Source: Patescibacteria group bacterium (GTDB taxonomy: Bacteria; Patescibacteriota; JABMPQ01). From it: a stretch of 64,000 nucleotides of DNA. Below the pieces are notes generated by a model that was not told the origin of the DNA, did no database searches, and was given only the letters and a program-made list of their open reading frames with translations. Of the stretch, positions 39,398 to 47,652 are shown piece by piece. Each line of letters opens with the position of its first letter. The stretch's first letter is position 1. The DNA lies in contig JBGTBM010000007.1 of the NCBI GenBank assembly GCA_041749335.1, positions 21,408-85,407 of the forward strand. The letters run 5' to 3'. The position numbers and the translations under genes are program-made.

Positions 39398-40696
39398 ATG
39401 AAAAAAATGAAAAAATATATCGTGATTATTCTAGTTGTCATTTTATTGGCGGGGGTGGGCTATGTGGTCTATTACCTCTATTATAATACCGCGTTTTTGA
39501 AAGTAACCGATCAAGGCCGGGAAATACAAAAGAACAACCAAAATATTTTACCGCAAGAGCCGGATATCGGGGACGATAAATTATCGGATGAAATTGATCT
39601 TAATAATTTAATTGAGCAAGATCTGTCCGCGGCGGAAAAATTCCGGACGGGAGTTTTTTCTAAATTAAGAAAATTAAATTTACCGCAAGATTTCAGTATC
39701 AATGTATTTATGGCCGGACTGGATGAGCCGCGCCTGATGTCGTTTGATAATGATAATAATCTTTTTGTGGCGGATAAAGGGCGAGGGTCAATTTATTTGT
39801 TGAAAGACAATGATCGGGATGGCGTCGCGGAGGAGCAGATTGAAATAGATACCGGGCTTAGAGTGATGCATGGCGTTTATTACCATAACGGAGATTTGTA
39901 TGCGGCGGAAGAAAATCAGGTTTTAAAATATAATAATATCAATAATCAGGGTGAATATTCCGGCAAAGAAGTTTTGATAAATAATTTGCCGGCCGGCAGC
40001 GGGCATAGCACTCGTACGGTCATAGTCGGTCCCGATGAAAAACTATATGTATCTATCGGATCAAGCTGTAATTTATGCGAGGAAAAAGACGAGAGGCGCG
40101 CGGCTGTCGTGAGATATAACTTAGATGGAACGGGGCAAGAAATATTTGCCCGGGGATTGAGAAATTCAGTCGGGATCCAATTTTATCAGGGAAAATTATG
40201 GAGCGTGAACAACGGCCGAGACATGATTGGGGATGATCTGCCGCCCGAGGAGGTCAATATTATAGAGCAGGGCAAACATTATGGCTGGCCTTATTGTTAT
40301 GGGCGGGGAATTGCCAATCCCGAATATCCCGATCGAGCATCTTTTTGCCAACAGGAAACCCAATATCCCGCTTATGAGATGCAGGCACATTCCGCCCCGC
40401 TGGGATTGGATTTTATGCCGGAGCAGGATAATAGTTTTCCGGATTTACTAAAAGACAACATGTTTATCGGATTCCATGGTTCCTGGAACCGGACCGCGCC
40501 CACGGGATATAAAGTAGTCCGTCTGGACGTAAGCCGAGAAGATTCTCAAACCGTAAACTTTGTTACCGGCTGGCTGGAATCGGATGGCAGCGCTTGGGGA
40601 CGACCGGTTGATGTAGAATTTGATAATGGTGGAGCGATGTTCATTAGTGATGATCGCGCCGGAGCGATCTATCGCGTGGTTTATAATAAAAATTAA
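39398..40696 (+). CDS. PQQ-dependent sugar/sorbosone dehydrogenase family protein
   Basis: N-terminal TM; HSTRT, LYVSIGSSCN.C.E, GLRNSVG, PPEEVN, YGWPYC, AHSAPLG, HGSWNR, WGRPVDV. Confidence 0.88.
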   Translation: MKKMKKYIVIILVVILLAGVGYVVYYLYYNTAFLKVTDQGREIQKNNQNILPQEPDIGDDKLSDEIDLNNLIEQDLSAAEKFRTGVFSKLRKLNLPQDFSINVFMAGLDEPRLMSFDNDNNLFVADKGRGSIYLLKDNDRDGVAEEQIEIDTGLRVMHGVYYHNGDLYAAEENQVLKYNNINNQGEYSGKEVLINNLPAGSGHSTRTVIVGPDEKLYVSIGSSCNLCEEKDERRAAVVRYNLDGTGQEIFARGLRNSVGIQFYQGKLWSVNNGRDMIGDDLPPEEVNIIEQGKHYGWPYCYGRGIANPEYPDRASFCQQETQYPAYEMQAHSAPLGLDFMPEQDNSFPDLLKDNMFIGFHGSWNRTAPTGYKVVRLDVSREDSQTVNFVTGWLESDGSAWGRPVDVEFDNGGAMFISDDRAGAIYRVVYNKN

Positions 40697-40730
40697 TCAT
40701 CGAGATTTAAATATAAATCCCCAAGCTATA

Positions 40731-40790
40731 AAAATTAATCCATGGGCTGGCCTGCAGTGAGCTTGTCGAATTGTCGAAGGGTTAATTTTT
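40731..40790 (+). repeat. REP-like 60-bp element A1
   Basis: aaaattaatcc...gcctgcagtgagcttgtcgaattgtcgaagggttaattttt; last 41 bp identical to 41213-41253. Confidence 0.8.
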
Positions 40791-40809
40791 TCAGCAATAT
40801 TCAACATCT

Positions 40810-41076
40810 ATGGCAAGAAGATGGAAATGGTATGTTTATATCATTGAGTGTTTAGATAATTCTTATTATACGGGTTTAACTTGGGATCCTTCAGTCAGAT
40901 TTGAGCAGCATTTATTTAGGCATGGCAGTAAATATACTTCAAAACACGGTGTTAAAAAGTTAGTATATTTAGAAGAGTATGAGGATTTTGATGAAGCGAG
41001 ATATCGAGAAAAACAAATAAAGGGCTGGACCAGAGACAAGAAAAAGAAATTAATAAAGGGAGAATGGAAAAAATAG
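40810..41076 (+). CDS. GIY-YIG nuclease (UPF0213/YhbQ-like)
   Basis: YVYIIEC.DNSYYTGLT, RF.QH, GSKYT, A..REKQIKGWTR.KK..LI. Confidence 0.92.
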   Translation: MARRWKWYVYIIECLDNSYYTGLTWDPSVRFEQHLFRHGSKYTSKHGVKKLVYLEEYEDFDEARYREKQIKGWTRDKKKKLIKGEWKK

Positions 41077-41088
41077 GAATAGGCAGAT

Positions 41089-41173
41089 AGCCTTCGACTC
41101 CGCTCCGCTTCGCTCAGGCAATAATATGAAGACAAAGAGCCTTCGACTCCGCTTTGCTTCGCTCAGGCAATAA
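41089..41173 (+). repeat. Two tandem 36-bp REP-like repeats (B1 41089-41124, B2 41138-41173), inverted relative to the A elements
   Basis: agccttcgactccgct(cc/tt)gcttcgctcaggcaataa twice, 49-bp period. Confidence 0.85.
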
Positions 41174-41193
41174 ATATTAATTTCTGAACTAAA

Positions 41194-41253
41194 AAAATTA
41201 ATCCCTGAGCGAGCCTGCAGTGAGCTTGTCGAATTGTCGAAGGGTTAATTTTT
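41194..41253 (+). repeat. REP-like 60-bp element A2
   Basis: aaaattaatccctgagcgagcctgcagtgagcttgtcgaattgtcgaagggttaattttt. Confidence 0.8.
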
Positions 41254-41278
41254 AAAAAATGTATAAATTATAATATTT

Positions 41279-42070
41279 ATGATATTGGAACACAACATAT
41301 CACCGGAAATAATAAGCTTTGGGCCGTTTGCCATCAGGTGGTATGGCCTGCTTTTTGTCACCGGTTTTATTTTAACTTTACTTTTGACTTATTGGATTTT
41401 CAAAAGAGAGCAAAAAGATTTAAGACACCTAGAGAGCCTGGCTTTGTATTTGCTTTTGGGCATGATTATTGGAGCGAGGTTGGGGCATATTATTTTTTAT
41501 AACTTAAGCTATTATCTGGAGAATCCCGCGGAAATTATTAAAATCTGGCACGGAGGACTCGCGAGCCACGGCGCGGCGATCGGAGTTTTTATCGCTTATC
41601 TTATTTGGACCAAAGTTTATAAAATAAAATTTACCAAGTACGCGGATCTTTTGGCAATCGGGATGCCTGTTACCGCCGCCTTTGTTCGCTTGGGCAATTT
41701 TTTCAATTCGGAAATCATCGGCAAGCCGACGGATGGCAGCTGGGGCGTAGTTTTTAAAAAACTGGGCGAAGATTTTCCCCGGCATCCGACCCAGCTGTAT
41801 GAAGCGCTGTTAAACTTTTTGATTTTTATAATCCTCATCATTATCTATCTGAAGTTTTACCAAAAGCTCCCTCGGCTATTTCTAATGGCGATCTATATCT
41901 TTTTATATTTTACCACTCGCTTTGGAGTTGAATTTTGGAAAGAGCGGCATGTTATCTCGGCGGACTTTTTTTTATCCATGGGACAGATCTTAAGCATCCT
42001 GCCGGTTCTGATATCAATTGGGCTTTTGATTTATTTATTCTCAACCAGGCGAGGCAAGAATAATAATTAG
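41279..42070 (+). CDS. lgt: Prolipoprotein diacylglyceryl transferase
   Basis: IRWYGL, IGARLGH, IWHGGLASHG, RLGNFFNSEIIG, RHPTQLYE, RFGVEF, MGQILS. Confidence 0.95.
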   Translation: MILEHNISPEIISFGPFAIRWYGLLFVTGFILTLLLTYWIFKREQKDLRHLESLALYLLLGMIIGARLGHIIFYNLSYYLENPAEIIKIWHGGLASHGAAIGVFIAYLIWTKVYKIKFTKYADLLAIGMPVTAAFVRLGNFFNSEIIGKPTDGSWGVVFKKLGEDFPRHPTQLYEALLNFLIFIILIIIYLKFYQKLPRLFLMAIYIFLYFTTRFGVEFWKERHVISADFFLSMGQILSILPVLISIGLLIYLFSTRRGKNNN

Positions 42071-42099
42071 TTTTTTGGCGTTGAAGAAATAATATCGCA

Positions 42100-42128
42100 T
42101 TGAATTTAAGCCAAAAATTTGCTATAAT
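42100..42128 (+). promoter_or_regulatory. sigma70 promoter at the head of the small-ORF array
   Basis: TTGAAT-17-TATAAT with extended TGn. Confidence 0.6.
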
Positions 42129-42276
42129 ATAAATAAGAAAATAAAAATAAAAAGTGAAAATTAAATATACATTATACTTATGTTTGTAACCGATATTTTT
42201 TAATATGGGTTTTTTTATTAATAAAATGTTTACCACGCCTTTATGGAACTTTTAAGGAAGTAAATTTTTAAAATAA

Positions 42277-42471
42277 ATGAATAACAAACTAGAAAAAATT
42301 GGAGGAGCGTTACTGATAGTGGTATTTTTAATAGCCATATTCTTAATTGAGCGTCTTGAGAATACAAAATGTTACAGTATACAAGATATTGCTTATACGG
42401 CCTTGATGAGTATATATGGCACGGCATTATTAATAGGGCTTGTGGTGGCAATAAGACAAACTAAATCATAA
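42277..42471 (+). CDS. Small 2-TM hypothetical protein
   Basis: 64 aa, two hydrophobic helices, co-oriented in array. Confidence 0.55.
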   Translation: MNNKLEKIGGALLIVVFLIAIFLIERLENTKCYSIQDIAYTALMSIYGTALLIGLVVAIRQTKS

Positions 42472-42532
42472 GACCCTTTAGGGTAACTACAAACCAAGTT
42501 AGGAAGTAAATTTTTAAATAATAACCAAAAAA

Positions 42533-43021
42533 ATGAGTAAGAAATTACATGTATTAATTATCTTAACCATAGCAATATTGTTTGCTGGGATAACTATTGC
42601 TTGCACCACAGCGGATAAAAAAGAAGCCGAGAAAATACCACAGCAGGTAGAGGAGAAAAGCCAGGAATTACAGCAAGATACCAATAAAGAAACGGAAAAG
42701 GTAGAGGAGGAAGCTGATAAAGCGGAGACACCGACATATACTGCAGAGGAAATACAACACGCACAGGAAACCTGGGATAATTTTATAGCTATAAACTATA
42801 TTAGAGACTATGAAGTGGATGCCAGCTTTGACGCTATGTATTTAAGAATTACTTTAGATGATTGGAATATGAATGGATATCAAGAAAAGAAGGAGTTTTT
42901 ATATTTAATGAGAGACGTTGGAAATAAACTTTTTGGAATAAGGGAGGTTTATGTGCGAGACTATAATACCAACGAGACACTAGGTATAGCGTCCCGCTTT
43001 ACTGAAAGCGTTAAAAAATAA
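42533..43021 (+). CDS. Hypothetical lipoprotein
   Basis: Signal peptide with lipobox-like TIAC, acidic linker, small C-terminal domain. Confidence 0.7.
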   Translation: MSKKLHVLIILTIAILFAGITIACTTADKKEAEKIPQQVEEKSQELQQDTNKETEKVEEEADKAETPTYTAEEIQHAQETWDNFIAINYIRDYEVDASFDAMYLRITLDDWNMNGYQEKKEFLYLMRDVGNKLFGIREVYVRDYNTNETLGIASRFTESVKK

Positions 43022-43031
43022 TTAATTATAT

Positions 43032-43259
43032 ATGAGTAAAAAATTAAGTGTTATCTTGATTGTGCTACTAGCCGTTATTATTTTAGGACTTGCATTTTAT
43101 TGGTATGAGTATAGACCCGCAAGGATTTACGGCAAATGCAATGAGCAAGCAAGTGAAAACGCTAGGAAGATAGCAGACAGACCAGACCAAACTTATTTTA
43201 TTACTCAATATGATGGATATTATAAAATTTGTTTAAGAGAAAACGGGCTAGATAAATAA
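43032..43259 (+). CDS. Small membrane-anchored protein with Cys pair
   Basis: TM then FYWYEYRP.RIY.KC...YKICLRENGL. Confidence 0.7.
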   Translation: MSKKLSVILIVLLAVIILGLAFYWYEYRPARIYGKCNEQASENARKIADRPDQTYFITQYDGYYKICLRENGLDK

Positions 43260-43274
43260 GGAAATAACGCTCTA

Positions 43275-43302
43275 ACTACCGATAACGCTAATTATAGGAA
43301 AT
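43275..43302. other. dif-like 28-bp tyrosine-recombinase site
   Basis: ACTACCGATAA-CGCTAA-TTATAGGAAAT (11-6-11, quasi-inverted arms). Confidence 0.45.
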
Positions 43303-43328
43303 AGATATTTTATAGGATAATTAAAAAA

Positions 43329-43727
43329 ATGTATTTAAACAAAGAGGAGAGAAAAAGACAACAAGAATTGGCGAAGCTAATTGATTATGATGAGCTTGAA
43401 AAGAAAGTATGGACTAATGAAAGTGAGGAAAGCATTATTGATTATCTTGTAAAAAGAGGACTTAACAAAGAGGAAGCAATGTTATTTTTACAAATAGTGG
43501 TCGGAGACCAGCCAACACTAGGAAAAATATTATATTGGGCAATATATTTATTCATTGGGGTTGTTATTTTATTAGGAGGTTACCTATTAAATTTATTAGA
43601 TAATGATTATATATTTATTTCTGGTTTATTTTTATTAGGATTTGGAAGTTATAAGGTTATTGCAACGTTGTATAACAATGTAAGAATGAGAGTAAAAATG
43701 AGAGTAGAATATAAAAATAAAAATTAA
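43329..43727 (+). CDS. Hypothetical 2-TM membrane protein
   Basis: Soluble N-terminus followed by two TM helices. Confidence 0.65.
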   Translation: MYLNKEERKRQQELAKLIDYDELEKKVWTNESEESIIDYLVKRGLNKEEAMLFLQIVVGDQPTLGKILYWAIYLFIGVVILLGGYLLNLLDNDYIFISGLFLLGFGSYKVIATLYNNVRMRVKMRVEYKNKN

Positions 43728-43739
43728 ATAATAAAAACT

Positions 43740-44069
43740 ATGGTATTAATACCATCAAAACCCGAAAAGAAAGCTAATACTCCCCCGTCTCCCACGCTAG
43801 AGGGGAAGCATAAGTCTTATAGAGGAATATTAATATTTAATACACTTTTATTTATAGTGATAATCGGACTTATATTATTAGTGCTATTGACTATAAATAA
43901 AGCCAATGTAGAGCTTGTTGGACTTAATGACAAACTGGACACCGTAAGTCAAAACCTGGGAGGAGATACAGACAATCGCTTCAAACAAGATACCACTATT
44001 GCTGATGAGCTAAAAGAGATAAACGATAATTTAAGAAATATTAAAAGCCAATTAAGACTAAACAATTAA
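43740..44069 (+). CDS. Hypothetical single-TM coiled-coil protein
   Basis: TM followed by heptad-rich segment. Confidence 0.65.
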   Translation: MVLIPSKPEKKANTPPSPTLEGKHKSYRGILIFNTLLFIVIIGLILLVLLTINKANVELVGLNDKLDTVSQNLGGDTDNRFKQDTTIADELKEINDNLRNIKSQLRLNN

Positions 44070-44155
44070 ATTAAATTTAATATGGCAAATAGAAAATTAA
44101 CCCTAGAGGAGATAAAAATACGAAGGGATCAAGCAAATTATAAAAAAAATAAGTT

Positions 44156-44509
44156 ATGAATAGGTCTATAAGAATAAGAATTATTTCATTGTTGTTCACT
44201 TTGGTAATTTTCTTAGGATGCACTACATCAAATATTGTCAGCGTGAAATATAGAGATGACAAAGTAGATTTATCTAATCAAGCATTTGAATACTTAAACA
44301 CTTTAGATAGCTCATTTGTTGAAGGAGCCTGGTACGATGATGATAATGATTATATGATTATTAAATTAGATAATACATATTACCATTATTGCGGAATGCC
44401 GGATGAAGTTTGGGATAACTATAAAAAGACTGATTCCTTTGGAACAGAATATAATAGATATATAAAGGGAAATTATGATTGTAGATCAGGTTTAGTTCCA
44501 AGTTATTAA
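44156..44509 (+). CDS. KTSC-domain lipoprotein
   Basis: Lipobox FLGC; SSFV.GAWYD...MIIKL..TYYHYCG.P..VW......SFG..YN.YIKGNY. Confidence 0.75.
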   Translation: MNRSIRIRIISLLFTLVIFLGCTTSNIVSVKYRDDKVDLSNQAFEYLNTLDSSFVEGAWYDDDNDYMIIKLDNTYYHYCGMPDEVWDNYKKTDSFGTEYNRYIKGNYDCRSGLVPSY

Positions 44510-44575
44510 TAAAAAACTAGCAAATTTTATTTAAGTAATATATGATTTAAATAGTTCCAAAAGGGAGGGATAGCG

Positions 44576-44875
44576 ATGAAGCTCTTTTATATTGCATTGA
44601 TTGCGTTTTTTGCCGGATCTATTTTCTCTTATCTCGGATATAATATATTTGAAAGACTTGTCGGGCAAAAGGCAAAGGATAGAAAGTGGAAATTAGAGAA
44701 TCCGGATAAATGTTTTAGCTGCCGGGGCCAAGGCGAGCAGGAAAGAGAAATTCGAGAAGATGATTGTATGGCAGTGATAAGTAGCGGATTGTTGATGTGG
44801 AATCGGGACAAACATTTGGTGCGGAAAGTCATCTGCAGTGAGTGTCGGGGATCCGGAAAAAATACCAAGGCGTAA
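44576..44875 (+). CDS. Hypothetical TM protein with two CxxCxGxG Zn-finger motifs
   Basis: CFSCRGQG and CSECRGSG; strong SD GGGAGGG at 44563; downstream hairpin plus T-run. Confidence 0.7.
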   Translation: MKLFYIALIAFFAGSIFSYLGYNIFERLVGQKAKDRKWKLENPDKCFSCRGQGEQEREIREDDCMAVISSGLLMWNRDKHLVRKVICSECRGSGKNTKA

Positions 44876-44997
44876 TTTATTTAAAAGTGGAATAGAAAGC
44901 AGCATATACCAGGCCATTTCAGGCGCTGGTTTTTTTATCCCCTCAAAATAAAATATTTATATGATATAAGAAATATATAGTAAATAAAAATAATATT

Positions 44998-46221
44998 ATG
45001 GCAGAAAAAAATTTAGATAACAAACAGGCGGCGGAAAAACCAAGTGAAGCAAAACCGTTAAAGGCAGTGGAAAATCCGCCCGCACCCGAAGCTCCCGCGG
45101 AAACCGTTGCTCCCGCTCCGGCTGCTGGCGTGCAAGAACCAAAGAAAAAATCCAAATGGTGGCTCTGGACTTGTTTGGGATGTTCAATTATTTTTATGAT
45201 TTTTATAATCATTGCCGGTCTTATCGGCTGGAAGATTTATAAAGATTCAGCCAAAAATCCTTTGGACACTCTGCAGTCGGATGAAGAAATTGACTACCGG
45301 GAGTATCAGGAAGTGCAAACAGAATTTCCGGACGGCCAGAAATATCAAGTCTTAGAATCCAACACCTATAAAGTTACTGAAAAAGTGGTGCTAACCAATA
45401 ACGGCCAGGGCGATGCGTCCAAAATAGATCTGCGCATGGCGATGATCAAAGACATTGAACCCTATCAAGATGTGATCAGCGAAAATATTCAAGCGGCAGC
45501 CGGTTATGATGTGATTGGGGATGATGATAATAATAAGTATGCCCATTTTGATCTGCCCGGCTTGAAGGTGGGCGAAAAATTTGCGATTACCGCCGAATAT
45601 CAGGTCAAAGTTAACGCCCTGGATTATAATTTAACCAAGTGCGACGGCGAGCTGGTAGATGGATTTTTATCTGCGGAAAAATATATTGAATCGGATAATC
45701 CAACCATAAAAACCAAAGCGCAAAATTTAGCTAAGGGTGATAAAAATAAATGCATATCGGCTAAAGATATCTATGATTATGTGGCGGATAGCGTGACCTA
45801 TGAAGGTTATGTGCCTCAAGATCAGGGCGCTTTAAATGCTTTTAATAAACTTTCCGGCGATTGTACCGATTTTACCGATTTATTTTTGGGATTATCGCGG
45901 GCGGCGGGAGTGCCGGCCAGATTTTTGGAAGGACTGGGTTACGCGGAAGATGCCAAGGTGCCGGCCGATGTCAAACATGATTGGGCCGAAGTATATTTGC
46001 CGGGCGCGGGCTGGACGCAAGTAGATCCCACTTGGGGACGCTATGAAAATACCCGCAATCTGCATTTTGCCAAAACCGATGGCGAGCATATTATTATTAC
46101 CCGCGGCAGGAATTTGGAAGTGTTGAATAACGCGCACTACTTCGCTTACAATTATTGGTGGAACGGAGAAGAAGCGGCGGTGGAATTTACCGAGGATTGG
46201 CGAGTTGAGCTTGTAGATTAA
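44998..46221 (+). CDS. Membrane-anchored transglutaminase-like protein
   Basis: Pro/Ala-rich N-terminus, TM, GDCTDF...SRAAGVPAR, HDWAEVYLPG.GW..VDPTW catalytic triad. Confidence 0.88.
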   Translation: MAEKNLDNKQAAEKPSEAKPLKAVENPPAPEAPAETVAPAPAAGVQEPKKKSKWWLWTCLGCSIIFMIFIIIAGLIGWKIYKDSAKNPLDTLQSDEEIDYREYQEVQTEFPDGQKYQVLESNTYKVTEKVVLTNNGQGDASKIDLRMAMIKDIEPYQDVISENIQAAAGYDVIGDDDNNKYAHFDLPGLKVGEKFAITAEYQVKVNALDYNLTKCDGELVDGFLSAEKYIESDNPTIKTKAQNLAKGDKNKCISAKDIYDYVADSVTYEGYVPQDQGALNAFNKLSGDCTDFTDLFLGLSRAAGVPARFLEGLGYAEDAKVPADVKHDWAEVYLPGAGWTQVDPTWGRYENTRNLHFAKTDGEHIIITRGRNLEVLNNAHYFAYNYWWNGEEAAVEFTEDWRVELVD

Positions 46222-46230
46222 TTAAATCAT

Positions 46231-46262
46231 AAAACCGAATATTGGCCGTATTCGGTTTTTTT
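46231..46262 (+). terminator. Intrinsic terminator
   Basis: aaaaccgaata-ttggccg-tattcggtttttt. Confidence 0.8.
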
Positions 46263-46263
46263 A

Positions 46264-46325
46264 TTGACGAATATCTTAATTGGCATAAAATAAATTAATC
46301 TTAACGTTCTTTCACAGGAGGAGGT
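46264..46325 (+). promoter_or_regulatory. sigma70 promoter, boxA and strong SD
   Basis: TTGACG(46264)-16-TAAAAT; CGTTCTTTCACA at 46305; AGGAGGAGGT at 46316. Confidence 0.7.
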
Positions 46326-46328
46326 CGG

Positions 46329-46937
46329 ATGAAAAGCGAACTTAGAGATTGGGGATATCGGGTAAAAAACCGTAAAATTCAGCTGGAGCGTTTCAAAAAT
46401 ATGGAAGCTCCTTCATCAATGATTGAAAAGGCCGAAAAGGCTTATCAAGACGCTGTGGCCAAATTTGATGAAATCGCGGCGGCAATTGGAATAAGCGAGA
46501 AGGAACAGGCATTAATCCTGGCTGAATGCGAGGAATATTTGAAAGCCAGAGATTATTTGACTGAATTGTTCCCGTATTTGCCCACGGCGCGAGTTTTTAA
46601 GAAATTTTTTGATTATGGAAAGCGCTGGCATTTCGCCGGAATAAAGCCGATCGATCATGGAAGTTTTGAAGATGAAGACGAATCTTTCAATCACATGACC
46701 CTAGATCAGCTGGAAGAGTTTTTAGAAACCAATCCCAATCCTGATCGAGCCATGCATGTCTTGGGTATTATGGCGGATCATGCACTTCGGTGGTCGCAAT
46801 CTATTCTGATTGAATTTCTGCTTTTAGCTACTCGGGCGCGGAAAATGGAGCAAGACAAAATTCCCCGAGAGCAAATAGCAAAAATGATTCAGGCAGTATT
46901 TCATCAGATCGAAGACGAATTAATTGAAAAAAAATAA
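46329..46937 (+). CDS. Hypothetical helical protein (paralogue 1)
   Basis: Own promoter, SD and terminator (46936-46958); aligns by eye end to end with 47027-47626. Confidence 0.75.
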   Translation: MKSELRDWGYRVKNRKIQLERFKNMEAPSSMIEKAEKAYQDAVAKFDEIAAAIGISEKEQALILAECEEYLKARDYLTELFPYLPTARVFKKFFDYGKRWHFAGIKPIDHGSFEDEDESFNHMTLDQLEEFLETNPNPDRAMHVLGIMADHALRWSQSILIEFLLLATRARKMEQDKIPREQIAKMIQAVFHQIEDELIEKK

Positions 46938-46959
46938 GCGAGCCATACTCGCTTTTTTA

Positions 46960-47021
46960 TTGACAAAATCATCTAAATTAACTATTTTTTATATCAAGCT
47001 TGTTCTTTGAAAGACGGGAGG
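46960..47021 (+). promoter_or_regulatory. sigma70 promoter, boxA and SD
   Basis: TTGACA(46960)-17-TATTTT; TGTTCTTTGAAA at 47001; GGGAGG at 47016. Confidence 0.7.
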
Positions 47022-47026
47022 AAACA

Positions 47027-47626
47027 ATGCCGGATCTTAGAGGTTTGGCGATCAAAGTTGCGTCATCTGATATATTATATCGTAAATTTAAAGATGGAGA
47101 ATCTCCACCTCATTTAGTAAAGGCGAAACACTTGCGGTATAAAGAGGCGCTGGCGGAATTTCATGAAAAATTAGCCCAAACGCATGCCAGTTCTAGGGAA
47201 AAAGATCAAATATTGCGCTGGGCGTATGATGCGATGGCTGCCAAAGAAGAGATTTTTGCAACTTTTAGGAATAGCCCCCCAATAAAATTATTTAAACTTT
47301 TAATGGGCTGTGGGAAATTTTGGAATTTTGGGAAAATGGATAAAATCAAAATATCTTTGCCGCATGAGTCAAAATTTTCCGGGTTATCTTTCAATGAATT
47401 GGTCAGGTTTTTTTATACTTCTCCGGAAATAAATGAGGCGTTAGAGGCACTAGTAGTGTTGTCGGGGGCGGTGCAGAATTGGTCGTTAGGAGCTTTGGTA
47501 GAAATAAAAATTACTATTGAGGAGGTTAAGAGAAGAAAACAAGGATCGTATTCTAAAGAGGAAGTAATTAAAATACTTGAAGGTTTATTGAGAATGCTTG
47601 AAACCGAAATTACCGATGATAATTAG
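47027..47626 (+). CDS. Hypothetical helical protein (paralogue 2; start reassigned to ATG 47027)
   Basis: GGGAGG 5 nt before ATG; terminator agtgaga/tctcact at 47628-47654. Confidence 0.75.
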   Translation: MPDLRGLAIKVASSDILYRKFKDGESPPHLVKAKHLRYKEALAEFHEKLAQTHASSREKDQILRWAYDAMAAKEEIFATFRNSPPIKLFKLLMGCGKFWNFGKMDKIKISLPHESKFSGLSFNELVRFFYTSPEINEALEALVVLSGAVQNWSLGALVEIKITIEEVKRRKQGSYSKEEVIKILEGLLRMLETEITDDN

Positions 47627-47652
47627 CAGTGAGATTTATTCTCACTCTTTTT

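Noticed and set aside
41089-41173. Two 36-bp direct repeats as a mini-CRISPR array
   Set aside because: Only two copies with a 13-bp spacer, no cas genes, and the sequence matches the flanking REP-like elements in inverted orientation.
42226-44509. Classical integron cassette array
   Set aside because: No intI, and no attC-like GTTRRRY/RYYYAAC palindromes between the ORFs.
34580-44875. tRNA-Glu-anchored integrative island (copper operon to small-ORF array)
   Set aside because: The accessory genes lie on the 5' side of the tRNA; I saw no duplicated tRNA 3' end and no integrase.
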